DNA of 64,000 bases. It comes from Terriglobia bacterium (GTDB lineage Bacteria > Acidobacteriota > Terriglobia > 20CM-2-55-15). The translations under genes were made by a program, and so were the position numbers. The stretch's first letter is position 1; the number at the start of each line of letters is the position of its first letter. Positions 15,945-23,816 of the stretch are shown in pieces. Where the stretch lies: assembly GCA_036496425.1 (NCBI GenBank), contig DASXLG010000070.1:6087-70086 (forward strand), in the 5' to 3' direction. Below the pieces are notes generated by a model. The model saw only the letters and a program-made list of their open reading frames with translations, had not been told where the DNA came from and did no database searches.

Positions 15945-16220
15945 ATGTTCGAATGGGACCGGAATAATCTGCGAAAGATTCGGACGCATGGAATCACGCA
16001 GGAGGAGCCAGAACAGGCGCTCCTTAACAATCCGATTTCGATCTATGAACAAGATGTGGAGGGTGAACGCCGCTTCGTATACTACGGAGGAACCACCGCA
16101 GGCCGGCTGCTGGCTGTCATCGTGAAGGAAATCGGCGATAAGCTGCGGGTGGTGACCGCTTACGATCTCGACGCGGGGCAGCGGCGGGACTACACCGATA
16201 GACGCGCAAAAGGGCAGTAA
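15945..16220 (+). CDS. brnT: BrnT-family toxin (DUF497 ribonuclease toxin)
   Basis: MFEWDRNNLRKIRTHGITQEEPEQALLNNPISIYEQDVEGERRFVYYGGTTAGRLLAVIVKEIGDKLRVVTAYDLDAGQRRDY matches the BrnT signature (FEWD..K...N..KHGV.F.EA..VF.DP....D.....E.R....G....GR.L.VV.T......R.ISAR.A...E). Confidence 0.75.
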   Translation: MFEWDRNNLRKIRTHGITQEEPEQALLNNPISIYEQDVEGERRFVYYGGTTAGRLLAVIVKEIGDKLRVVTAYDLDAGQRRDYTDRRAKGQ

Positions 16221-16224
16221 CGCA

Positions 16225-16536
16225 ATGAAGAAGAAATCTCTTAAAATGCCGAAGTTCCGCAACGAGAGCGAAGAAGCGGATTGGTGGGCCAGCCCGGCCG
16301 GGCGCACTTATGTAAAGCAGAGATCCGCTCAAGCTCAATCGCAAAAAACCAAAGGGATGGGATCGAGCCTGGTTGCGGGGTTGAATAAAAAGGGCAGCGT
16401 GCAGATCGCCATTCGTCTGCCTGAAGCCGACCTTGCGCAGGCTCGCAAACTCGCTGAACGCAAGGGTATTGGCTATCAAACGCTGCTGAAAATGCTCGTC
16501 CGGGAGGGCCTTGTGCGGGAATCCCGCCGCAGCTAA
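16225..16536 (+). CDS. brnA: BrnA-family antitoxin (ribbon-helix-helix)
   Basis: MKKKSLKMPKFRNESEEADWWASPAG...SVQIAIRLPEADLAQARKLAERKGIGYQTLLKMLVREGL shows the typical BrnA architecture (N-terminal DUF-like region then an RHH with ..I.IRL....L...K..A...G.GYQTL...LL.E.L). It starts 4 nt after the brnT stop. Confidence 0.75.
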   Translation: MKKKSLKMPKFRNESEEADWWASPAGRTYVKQRSAQAQSQKTKGMGSSLVAGLNKKGSVQIAIRLPEADLAQARKLAERKGIGYQTLLKMLVREGLVRESRRS

Positions 16537-16683
16537 CGAAGATTTATCCCCGCGTTGAGACCGGCCCGCACGGGGGAATTCGGCTTCTTCTGCATGTGAC
16601 CATGCCAAACCTATCGCTGCCGTTCGGAACAGCCGCGGGCTTACTTTTTCCCATTTTGCCTTCTCTCAGTAACGGTCATATCC

Positions 16684-16860
16684 CTAACAATGCGATGATT
16701 CGTCGCCGAATCCTCCGCGCCAGTTGATGTAGTTGTGATTGCCGTTAAATTCGCGGTATTTCACGGCGTATCCTTTGGCGACGAGCATATCGCGCATCCG
16801 GCGGTTAGGCTCCAACTGGACTTCTGACGCGCCTCCGGCGCTGAGGCATGCAGTTAACTT
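16684..16860 (-). pseudogene. Gene remnant: the C-terminal 45 codons of an esterase-like protein, in frame immediately after the DUF1501 stop
   Basis: Reading continues in the DUF1501 frame past its TGA (16861-16863) as KLTACLSAGGASEVQLEPNRRMRDMLVAKGYAVKYREFNGNHNYINWRGGFGDESSHC*. The ...L...GY.V.Y.EF.GGH.Y..W... block resembles esterase/enterochelin-esterase-type C-termini. No plausible start or upstream catalytic region is present. Confidence 0.3.
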
Positions 16861-18186
16861 TCAGATCTCCATCGCGGCTGTGCTGTCGCCGAAGGATTCC
16901 CGCGGCACGTCGAGCTTGTGGAGAACGGCGAGCAGCAGGTTGGACATGGTGGTGTCCTTCGGATTGCGCAGATGACGGCCGCTTTTCAGCTTGCCGGACG
17001 CGGAGCCGGCAAGAATAACCGGCAGCGGCGCGTGATTGTGCTGGTTGCCGTCGGCCATTGCGCTGCCGTAGAGCACCATCGAATGGTCGAGCAGGCTGCC
17101 GTCGCCGTCCGGCGTGTTCTTCAGTTTCTCGAGCAGATAAGTGAACACGGTCACGTGATAGCGGTTCAGGACGGCAAACTTGTCCATGTTCTCGCGCAGA
17201 TTGGAATGATGCGAAAGGATGTGGAACGCGTCGCGGATTCCGCTTTTCGGATAGACCGCATTGCTGAGTTCCTTCGCCATTAATAACGTCGTGACGCGTG
17301 TGAGATCCGCCTGCCAGGCCAGAACCCACAGGTCGAACATCAATTTGATGTGTTCTTCGAAATCCTTCGGAATACCTGTCGGAGCGGCGGGCACATTCAG
17401 ATCCGAAGAGACCTGGGCGCCCGCTTTCTCGATGCGCCGTTCGATTTCGCGCAGGTCATTCATGTATTGATCGACGCGGGCACGGTCGCTGGCGGAAACC
17501 TTCTTGTTTAGCGCATTCACATCGCCCATCACCGAATCCAGCAGGCTCAGCGACTGTTCGCGGCGGGCGCGGCGCAGTTCATCGGTGCTGCCGTCGCCGA
17601 ACAGGCGTTCGAAAACCACCTGCGGATTGTTCTGCATCGGCAGCGGCGAAGTCGCACTCTGCCACGAAAGCGTGTCGCGATAGGCGCAGCTCAACCCGTC
17701 GCCGCAGCTCAGGCTCGCATCTTCGATACCGAGTTCGAGCGAAGGCATCGCCGTATCCTGGCCGATCTTCTGGGCGGCAACCTGGTCGGCCGTCACTCCA
17801 AGGTAAGCCTGGGGACCCGAGCGCGCTTGCGCGCCGCTGAGATAGGCGGCAGCCGAGCGCGTATGGTTCGAAGTCGCCGATCCGCCGCCGTAGGCCTGCG
17901 GATGGCTCATATCGCTGACGATGTTGATGCGGTCGCGATACGGTTTCAACGGTTCGAGGATCTCGGAGAATTCAAACGTGGCGCCGTTGCCGGCCGGCGT
18001 CCACTTGTCCATCGTGGCGCCGTGCGGGAAATAAATCGCGCCGAAACGCGTCCGCACTTTCGCGGCGGCCGTCTGCCGCAGCGGCGTTGCCGCAGGAACC
18101 ATGGATTCCAGAAAAGGCAGCGCGATCGTAACGCCCGCTCCGGTCAGGAAGGTGCGCCGTGAAAGATGCTTTTTCGTGATGAACAT
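16861..18186 (-). CDS. DUF1501 family protein (Tat-exported, sulfatase/alkaline-phosphatase fold), module 1
   Basis: MFITKKHLSRRTFLTGAGVTIALPFLESM has the twin-arginine signal SRRTFL. Conserved family blocks are FIYFPHG, MD.W.PA..G, PL...R...I....S and HS.VLYGS.M...N.HNH.PLP..L.G. Length is 441 aa. Confidence 0.85.
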   Translation of the reverse strand: MFITKKHLSRRTFLTGAGVTIALPFLESMVPAATPLRQTAAAKVRTRFGAIYFPHGATMDKWTPAGNGATFEFSEILEPLKPYRDRINIVSDMSHPQAYGGGSATSNHTRSAAAYLSGAQARSGPQAYLGVTADQVAAQKIGQDTAMPSLELGIEDASLSCGDGLSCAYRDTLSWQSATSPLPMQNNPQVVFERLFGDGSTDELRRARREQSLSLLDSVMGDVNALNKKVSASDRARVDQYMNDLREIERRIEKAGAQVSSDLNVPAAPTGIPKDFEEHIKLMFDLWVLAWQADLTRVTTLLMAKELSNAVYPKSGIRDAFHILSHHSNLRENMDKFAVLNRYHVTVFTYLLEKLKNTPDGDGSLLDHSMVLYGSAMADGNQHNHAPLPVILAGSASGKLKSGRHLRNPKDTTMSNLLLAVLHKLDVPRESFGDSTAAMEI

Positions 18187-18200
18187 TTCCCGTCTCCTGT

Positions 18201-20486
18201 CTACGATTTGAGTTTCTTCTGAAACGCGTCGCTCTGCACGACTCCGAGCACCAGCGACGAAAATTTATAATCGTTCTGAGCGGCCCGCCGGACAATCGTC
18301 CGAACCGCCGGCATGTCGTAGTATTGCACCGTGCGGCCCGTAGCATAAGTCAAAAGCTTCTGCGTGGCCGTGGTTACGAACCTGTCCTTGCGCGACAGCA
18401 GCGCGTTCCGCAGGTCGGCGACGCCGTTCAGCTTTGTCCCATCAACGAGTTGCCCCGACGAATCGATCGGCGTTTTACCGTCGAGCGTGCGCCAGGTTCC
18501 GACCATATCGAAATTCTCCAAGGCAAAACCGATCGGGTCCATGATCTTGTGACAGCTCGCGCAGGGCTCGACTTTCCGGTGCAGCTCCAGCCGCTGCCGC
18601 AACGAGGTGACCTTCACCTGCTCGGCATCCTTTTCCAGATTCGTGTCGATGCCGGGCGGCGGTACCGGCGCCGGCGTACCCAGCACGTTTTCGAGAATCC
18701 AGCGTCCGCGCGTCACCGGCGAGGTGCGCGTTCCAACCGAGCTGACAGTCAGGAAAGAGCCCTGCCCGAGGATGCCGCGCCTTGGACTCGAGGCCTCCAG
18801 AGTCACGCGTCGGAAATAACTGCCGTGGATATTCGGAATGCCGTAGTGCTGCGCGAGGCGTTCGTCCACGAACGTGTAGTCGGCATCGAGCAGCGTCACG
18901 ATGCTGCGGTCCTCCCGAATGATGCTGTCGAACAGCATCTCGGTTTCGCGCTTGAACGCCTGGCGCAGATTGTCGTCGAAATTCTTGGCGGACGTTTCCG
19001 CCTTGGCCAGCTCACGCAGTCCCAGCCATTGTCCGCCGAAGTTGGTGACCAGCGCTGCGGACTTCGGGTCGGCCAGCATGCGCTTCGTCTGCTGCTCGAA
19101 GACTTTCGGATCGCTCAGCCTGCCTTTGATCGCAACGTCGAGAAGCTCATCGTCCGGCATGCTGCTCCACAGGAAGAACGACAACCGCGATGCGAGCTCG
19201 AGATTGCTGAGCCGGTAGACGCCGCCTGCGGCCACGGTTGCGGGCTCGTCCTCGATGCGATACAGAAATGCGGGAGCCACCAGTATCCGCGCGATGGCTT
19301 CCTGAATGCCGGTCTCGAAGTCGGAGTCCTTGCGTCCATGCTGATAGAAACTCATCAGCTTGGTGAGTTCGGCTTCCTGCACCGGGCGGCGAAATGCGCG
19401 CCGCGCAAGCGTGCTCACAACCTGGCGGGCGCAGGCGGGTTCCTCGGCCAGGTTCGCAGGCCGGCAAACGAAGATGCGCTTGCGGCTCGGCGAATCGCCG
19501 GCGCCGGCTGGATTGAACGGCCCGTTGATCACGATCGTGTTGACGCCGCCGGCCGGATTGAAGAGGCCATTGACGCGAAAATCGGAATACGCTTCATCGA
19601 CGCCGGCGCCGCGCTGCCGGTCGATCAGGGCGGCGCCGATCGTATGCGGCCCGGCGGCAATCGCAAGCCGGAAGTTCCGGGTGTTACGCACACCGATCCG
19701 GTTGCCGTCCACCGTAATGTCGGTCGTCGCCCCGCCACCGCCGATGCCGCCGCCAACCGTGAAGTCATACTCGGCATCCATCGGAAACGTATGCTGGACC
19801 AGCATGCCGCCGCGCGTTCCGAGCGGCAGCCCTTCAATATGGCGATCCTGGGCGAAGGCCGGAGGCGCGTTGTACGTCGCCTGCGACGGAATCAGCGTCC
19901 GGTCGCCGACGGCGCGCCGCGAAATTTTCATGGCCGCGGAGATATATCCCTGAATCAACGAAGGCGAGGTTCCCAAGGCGTCCGCGATGTTGTCAAAACC
20001 CTCAGTCGCGTCGTCCTGCGGCAAAAGCGCCGGCACATCCACATCCAGCGCGAGCAGGTCGCGGATCACGTTCGCATATTCGGTACGGTTCAGACGATGC
20101 AACGCCGGCGTGCCGGGATTCGGATGCAGCGCGGCCGCGCTGTCGAGGCGTTTCTCGATTTCCGATGCGAAGGCGTCAAGCTCGGCGCGCTCCGGACGGC
20201 GCGCTCCGCTCGGCGGCATCATCCCGGTCTTGATCTTGCGGACAACCTTTTCCCAGGTGGCGGCATCTTTCGCGATGTTCGAGTAGTCCATGCTGTCGAG
20301 CATGAGACCGGCGGTCTTCGCGCGCTGATTGTGGCAGCCGACGCAGTATTTCGTTGGCAGCGCGTTATCGAGCGGCGGCGCCTGGGCCGCGAAGAGGGGG
20401 ACGGAACACAAGAAGCACAAAAAGCACAAGATTCCCGGGAACCGATTTTGCTCTTTCTTGTGCCTCTTGTGCTTCTTGTGTTCCAT
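18201..20486 (-). CDS. PSCyt/PSD multidomain di-heme family protein (DUF1585/1587/1588/1592/1595-type 'Planctomycete cytochrome C' architecture), module 1
   Basis: N-terminal MEHKKHKRHKKEQNRFPGILCFLCFLCSVPLFAAQA then ...YCVGCHNQRAKTAGL (heme motif 1). Family blocks include NPG.P.LHRLNRTEYANVIRDLL, ILDADYTFVDERLAQHYGIPN and FRRVTL....RRGILGQGS.LT.TS...RTSPV.RG. A second motif, CASCHKIMDPIGFALENFD, lies near the C-terminus. Length is 761 aa. The first 28 codons are encoded by the palindromic repeat. Confidence 0.85.
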   Translation of the reverse strand: MEHKKHKRHKKEQNRFPGILCFLCFLCSVPLFAAQAPPLDNALPTKYCVGCHNQRAKTAGLMLDSMDYSNIAKDAATWEKVVRKIKTGMMPPSGARRPERAELDAFASEIEKRLDSAAALHPNPGTPALHRLNRTEYANVIRDLLALDVDVPALLPQDDATEGFDNIADALGTSPSLIQGYISAAMKISRRAVGDRTLIPSQATYNAPPAFAQDRHIEGLPLGTRGGMLVQHTFPMDAEYDFTVGGGIGGGGATTDITVDGNRIGVRNTRNFRLAIAAGPHTIGAALIDRQRGAGVDEAYSDFRVNGLFNPAGGVNTIVINGPFNPAGAGDSPSRKRIFVCRPANLAEEPACARQVVSTLARRAFRRPVQEAELTKLMSFYQHGRKDSDFETGIQEAIARILVAPAFLYRIEDEPATVAAGGVYRLSNLELASRLSFFLWSSMPDDELLDVAIKGRLSDPKVFEQQTKRMLADPKSAALVTNFGGQWLGLRELAKAETSAKNFDDNLRQAFKRETEMLFDSIIREDRSIVTLLDADYTFVDERLAQHYGIPNIHGSYFRRVTLEASSPRRGILGQGSFLTVSSVGTRTSPVTRGRWILENVLGTPAPVPPPGIDTNLEKDAEQVKVTSLRQRLELHRKVEPCASCHKIMDPIGFALENFDMVGTWRTLDGKTPIDSSGQLVDGTKLNGVADLRNALLSRKDRFVTTATQKLLTYATGRTVQYYDMPAVRTIVRRAAQNDYKFSSLVLGVVQSDAFQKKLKS
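20403..20484. repeat. Palindromic repeat family 1, copy B (28-nt arms, 26-nt loop); it encodes the signal peptide of the module-1 PSCyt gene
   Basis: Arm 1 is ggaacacaagaagcacaaaaagcacaag (20403-20430). Arm 2 is cttgtgcctcttgtgcttcttgtgttcc (20457-20484), which is the reverse complement of arm 1 with one mismatch. On the minus strand it encodes M-EHKKHKRHK-KEQNRFPG-ILCFLCFLCS. Confidence 0.85.
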
Positions 20487-20490
20487 TTCC

Positions 20491-22002
20491 CTAGTTGGCT
20501 TTCGATTGAAGTTTATTGATGAGCTCGATCGAGCTGGGTTTCGCTTTCGCCGGATGCGTGGCGAGGAAAACGCCTTCGGCCCAGTTGAGGGTTGTGCGGC
20601 CTTCGTTATCCTTCAGGTCGAGACGCGCGCCTTTGCTGACAAGCCACTCGAGGATCTCGTCGGAACCGCGATTCGCCGCGCCCATGACGGCAGTAATGCC
20701 CATCGAATTCACATCGTTCACGCTGAGTCCGAGATCGAAGCAAAGCTTCACGGCCTCGAGGAGATTCTTCTGGCCCTCGTCATAGGTCTGATCGACAACC
20801 CAGTTCACGCCGGCGGCGGCCATTAGCGGAGTGGTTCCTCCAAATGTCGCGATTTTCGGATCCGCACCGGACTTCAGCAGCAGGCGCATGACGGTAACAT
20901 CGCCGGAATAGGCCGCGCGAAGGAATGGCGTCTGGCCAGTAAAGTCGACCCATTCGAGTGTGCCGGTCGTGCGGAGCATGAAGCGGCGGATCGGAATACT
21001 CTCCTTTGTCCGGGAATTCGGATCGGCGCCTTTGTCGAGCAACGTCTTGATGAGGTCCAGGACAGGTTCGCGTTCGATGCCGTTTTCAAATGTTCCATTG
21101 TCTTCGTCCATGTTGCGGACTTCGACGGCGGTCCATAGCGGCGTGCGCCCATACCAATCGCTGACGTTGATCCTGGCGCCTTTATCGATCAGAAATTGCG
21201 CCGTCGCCATCTGGTCGTCGGCGATGGCCATCAGCAGCGGCGTGATTCCGTTCGGATCGGCCTTTTCGAGATCCGCGCCGGCATTCACCAGGAGCTTTGC
21301 GGCGTCGAGCCGCCCGTCGCGCGCCGCATAGAGCAACGGCGTGAGACCGCCGGGAATGAAATATCGCGAGCCGCGCGCCGGCAGTCCGCCGCGGATGATG
21401 CCGATGCCGTGACCGAAGCCGGGCACGGAATTCGGAAGAATCCAGCCCGGCGTTTCGCCGGTCCGGGTCTGCGCATTCACGTTGGCGCCATGTTCGACGA
21501 GAAGCCCGGCGACATCCGGATGATTTTCGCGCACAGCGATCATCAACGCGGTCTGCTTGTACAGCGGGTCTTCGGTGTCGACCTTCGCTCCGTGATCGAG
21601 AAGGGCGCGGACGGTTTCGAGATCCCCAACCTTGGAGGCCGTCATCAATGCGGTCTCGCTCGTCGGATCGGTCGTATTGGGATCGGCGCCGGCATCGAGC
21701 AGCAGCCTGGTCATCGCGGCGTTGCCGTTGGAGCACGCAAGGTAGATCGGAGTGACGCCGTAGCGGTCGGCAAGCTTCACGTCCGCGCCCGCCTTAATAA
21801 GGAGACGCGCGGTTTCCAGATCGTCGACGCGCACAACCCAGTGGAGCGCCGGAGTGCCGTCGGTTCCAGGCGCGTTGACATCGACCTTTTGATTCAGCAT
21901 CGAGCGGACGGTTGCCATGTCGCGGTGCGCGGCCGCATCCGCCAGGTTTCCATAAGCGATCAATGACGCCAGCAGGATTGAAGGGATCATAATGGTGTCC
22001 AT
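20491..22002 (-). CDS. Secreted ankyrin-repeat protein, module 1
   Basis: Signal-like N-terminus MDTIMIPSILLASLIAYGNLADA. At least 10 ankyrin repeats are present (e.g. DGTPALHWVVRVDDLETARLLIKAGADVKLADRYGVTPIYLACSNGNAAMTRLLLDAGADPN). The stop is 4 nt before the PSCyt start. Confidence 0.85.
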   Translation of the reverse strand: MDTIMIPSILLASLIAYGNLADAAAHRDMATVRSMLNQKVDVNAPGTDGTPALHWVVRVDDLETARLLIKAGADVKLADRYGVTPIYLACSNGNAAMTRLLLDAGADPNTTDPTSETALMTASKVGDLETVRALLDHGAKVDTEDPLYKQTALMIAVRENHPDVAGLLVEHGANVNAQTRTGETPGWILPNSVPGFGHGIGIIRGGLPARGSRYFIPGGLTPLLYAARDGRLDAAKLLVNAGADLEKADPNGITPLLMAIADDQMATAQFLIDKGARINVSDWYGRTPLWTAVEVRNMDEDNGTFENGIEREPVLDLIKTLLDKGADPNSRTKESIPIRRFMLRTTGTLEWVDFTGQTPFLRAAYSGDVTVMRLLLKSGADPKIATFGGTTPLMAAAGVNWVVDQTYDEGQKNLLEAVKLCFDLGLSVNDVNSMGITAVMGAANRGSDEILEWLVSKGARLDLKDNEGRTTLNWAEGVFLATHPAKAKPSSIELINKLQSKAN

Positions 22003-22086
22003 TTTATAAACATTGCGAAACGATTGCACGCAGAAAGCCAGTGTGCCAGCGCGGCCGGGCGGTCCGCTGATCAAGCCGCAGCTGCG

Positions 22087-22470
22087 CTATTGCCTGGTCA
22101 GCTGAAAATCGCCCTGCTCGCCATCATGCGACCAGGTTCCCGCCATTTTATTGCCTTCAATTTTGCCATCGACAACGTAATGGACCGTCCGGCCGTTTGC
22201 CTGAGCATCGAATTGGATGTTGATGGCGCTCATCTCCGGCTTGAAAACGGCCTGAGTCACATCAAGCGATCGAGTCCCCGCCTGAACCGTTCCGCGAAGT
22301 GTCGTATTGTCCCATTTCAAATCGAGAGTGATGGGATCGCGCCGTTCGGCATTCGGGCCGTAGTCGCCGGTCCATCGTCCGCTTGGCGGCGCCGTTGAAG
22401 GACCGGCCTTCGGACCGCAGGCCGCTAGCAGCATGAATATCGATATCGAACAAACGATTTTGAGTTTCAT
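22087..22470 (-). CDS. Small lipoprotein, hypothetical
   Basis: MKLKIVCSISIFMLLAACGP is a lipobox (LLAAC-G). The protein is 127 aa and sits between the module-2 DUF1501 gene and the module-1 ankyrin gene on the same strand. Confidence 0.5.
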   Translation of the reverse strand: MKLKIVCSISIFMLLAACGPKAGPSTAPPSGRWTGDYGPNAERRDPITLDLKWDNTTLRGTVQAGTRSLDVTQAVFKPEMSAINIQFDAQANGRTVHYVVDGKIEGNKMAGTWSHDGEQGDFQLTRQ

Positions 22471-22502
22471 TGCTGCCGTCAGAATCGAGTATTTTCGCAA
22501 CA

Positions 22503-23816
22503 TCAGATCTCCGCAATAACTCCGGTACTGTCCCCGATTTTTTCTGCCGGGACTCCAGCCTTATGCAGGATGGTGAGCAGAAGGTTCGAATGGGTGGTCA
22601 GTTTTGCCAGTTTGATGTGCCTGCCGCCTTTGACGGTACCGTAAGCCCCTCCCGAGAGAATCATCGGCAACGGGCTGTGATTGTGTTCGTTGCTGTTGCT
22701 CATGCCACTGCCGTAGAGAACGAGCGCGTGATCGAGCAGCGTTCCATCTCCGTCCGGAGTGGCTTTGAGCTTCCCGAGGAAATAGGCCAGCATGCTGTGA
22801 TGGTATGCATTGAGTTCCGCGAACTTGTCCATATTGGCCCGTACGTTCGAATGATGCGAGAGATTGTGGAAGCCGTCGCGGATGTTGGTTGCGGGATATA
22901 CCGCATTGCTGACCTCATGAGCGAGCATCAGGGTTGCAATGCGGGTGATCTCGGCGCGGAAGGCGAGCACCTGGAGATCAAACAGCATTTTGATGTGATC
23001 TTCGAAGGCATCCGGCACACCCGCCGGAGTATCCGGCACATCCAACTTCGCTGCCTCCAGCTTCTGTTGCGATTTCTGGATCCGGCGTTCGATTTCGCGC
23101 ACGTCATCCAGGTAATCGGTAACCCGTCCTCGATCGCCGGCCGGAAGCTGCCGCTGCAGGGCGCCGAGCTGGTCCGTTACGGAATCGAGCAGGCTGCGTG
23201 CTTCTTTGCGCCGCGCATTCCGTTCGGCCTCATTCGAGCCGTCACCGAAAAGTTTTTCGAAGATGACCTGCGGATTGTTTTCCATGGGTAGTGGAGAGGT
23301 CGCGGACTGCCAGGCGATGGAATTCCGGAAGGGGCTGGTCAAGCCGCCCTCTTCGACCGTCATTTCGATGGACGGCAGAGGCGTATCCTGTCCAATCTTT
23401 TTGGCCGCCATCTGATCGGCGGATTCTCCGAGAACCGGACGCGGCGTCTCTTCCGGCTTGGCCCCTGTAATAAACACGGCCGATGAATTGGTATGGTTGG
23501 CGCCGGCTGAGGCATCTTTGCCATACGCCATCGGCGCATAAGTGTTGCTGATGATGTTGACATGGTCGCGGAACGGTTCAAGCGGCTTCAGGATGGGTGT
23601 AAATTCAAACCCTGCGCCTTCGGTTGCGGGCGCCCATTTGTCCATCGTCACACCGTGCGGGAAATAGATGAAGCTGAGCCGTGTCCTGGAATTTGCGGCC
23701 GCTGTCAATGGCGTCTGGGCCGGCAGCATAGACTCCAGAAAAGGCAGAGCCAGCGTGACGCCTGCACCGCGTATAAAGGTCCGTCGCGAAAGATGTTTTT
23801 TGGTGATGAAGTTCAT
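22503..23816 (-). CDS. DUF1501 family protein (Tat-exported), module 2
   Basis: MNFITKKHLSRRTFIRGAGVTLALPFLESM, with the same family blocks as the other four paralogs. A 4-nt overlap with the PSCyt stop is present. Confidence 0.85.
   Translation of the reverse strand: MNFITKKHLSRRTFIRGAGVTLALPFLESMLPAQTPLTAAANSRTRLSFIYFPHGVTMDKWAPATEGAGFEFTPILKPLEPFRDHVNIISNTYAPMAYGKDASAGANHTNSSAVFITGAKPEETPRPVLGESADQMAAKKIGQDTPLPSIEMTVEEGGLTSPFRNSIAWQSATSPLPMENNPQVIFEKLFGDGSNEAERNARRKEARSLLDSVTDQLGALQRQLPAGDRGRVTDYLDDVREIERRIQKSQQKLEAAKLDVPDTPAGVPDAFEDHIKMLFDLQVLAFRAEITRIATLMLAHEVSNAVYPATNIRDGFHNLSHHSNVRANMDKFAELNAYHHSMLAYFLGKLKATPDGDGTLLDHALVLYGSGMSNSNEHNHSPLPMILSGGAYGTVKGGRHIKLAKLTTHSNLLLTILHKAGVPAEKIGDSTGVIAEI

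Noticed and set aside
16117-16608. 163-aa minus-strand ORF overlapping brnA
   Set aside because: It is antisense to a well-supported BrnA antitoxin gene and has an Arg-rich composition typical of a GC-rich antisense frame.
18324-20519. 731-aa plus-strand ORF antisense to the module-1 PSCyt gene, and similar long antisense ORFs at 24218..25609, 36672..38213, 52571..53848, 58788..60158, 61684..62700 and 7977..9275
   Set aside because: They are Arg/Ala/Gly-rich with no recognisable motifs. The opposite strand encodes strongly recognisable, mutually conserved family proteins with signal peptides and CxxCH motifs. Long antisense ORFs are expected in about 60-65% GC DNA because stop codons are rare on the complementary frame.
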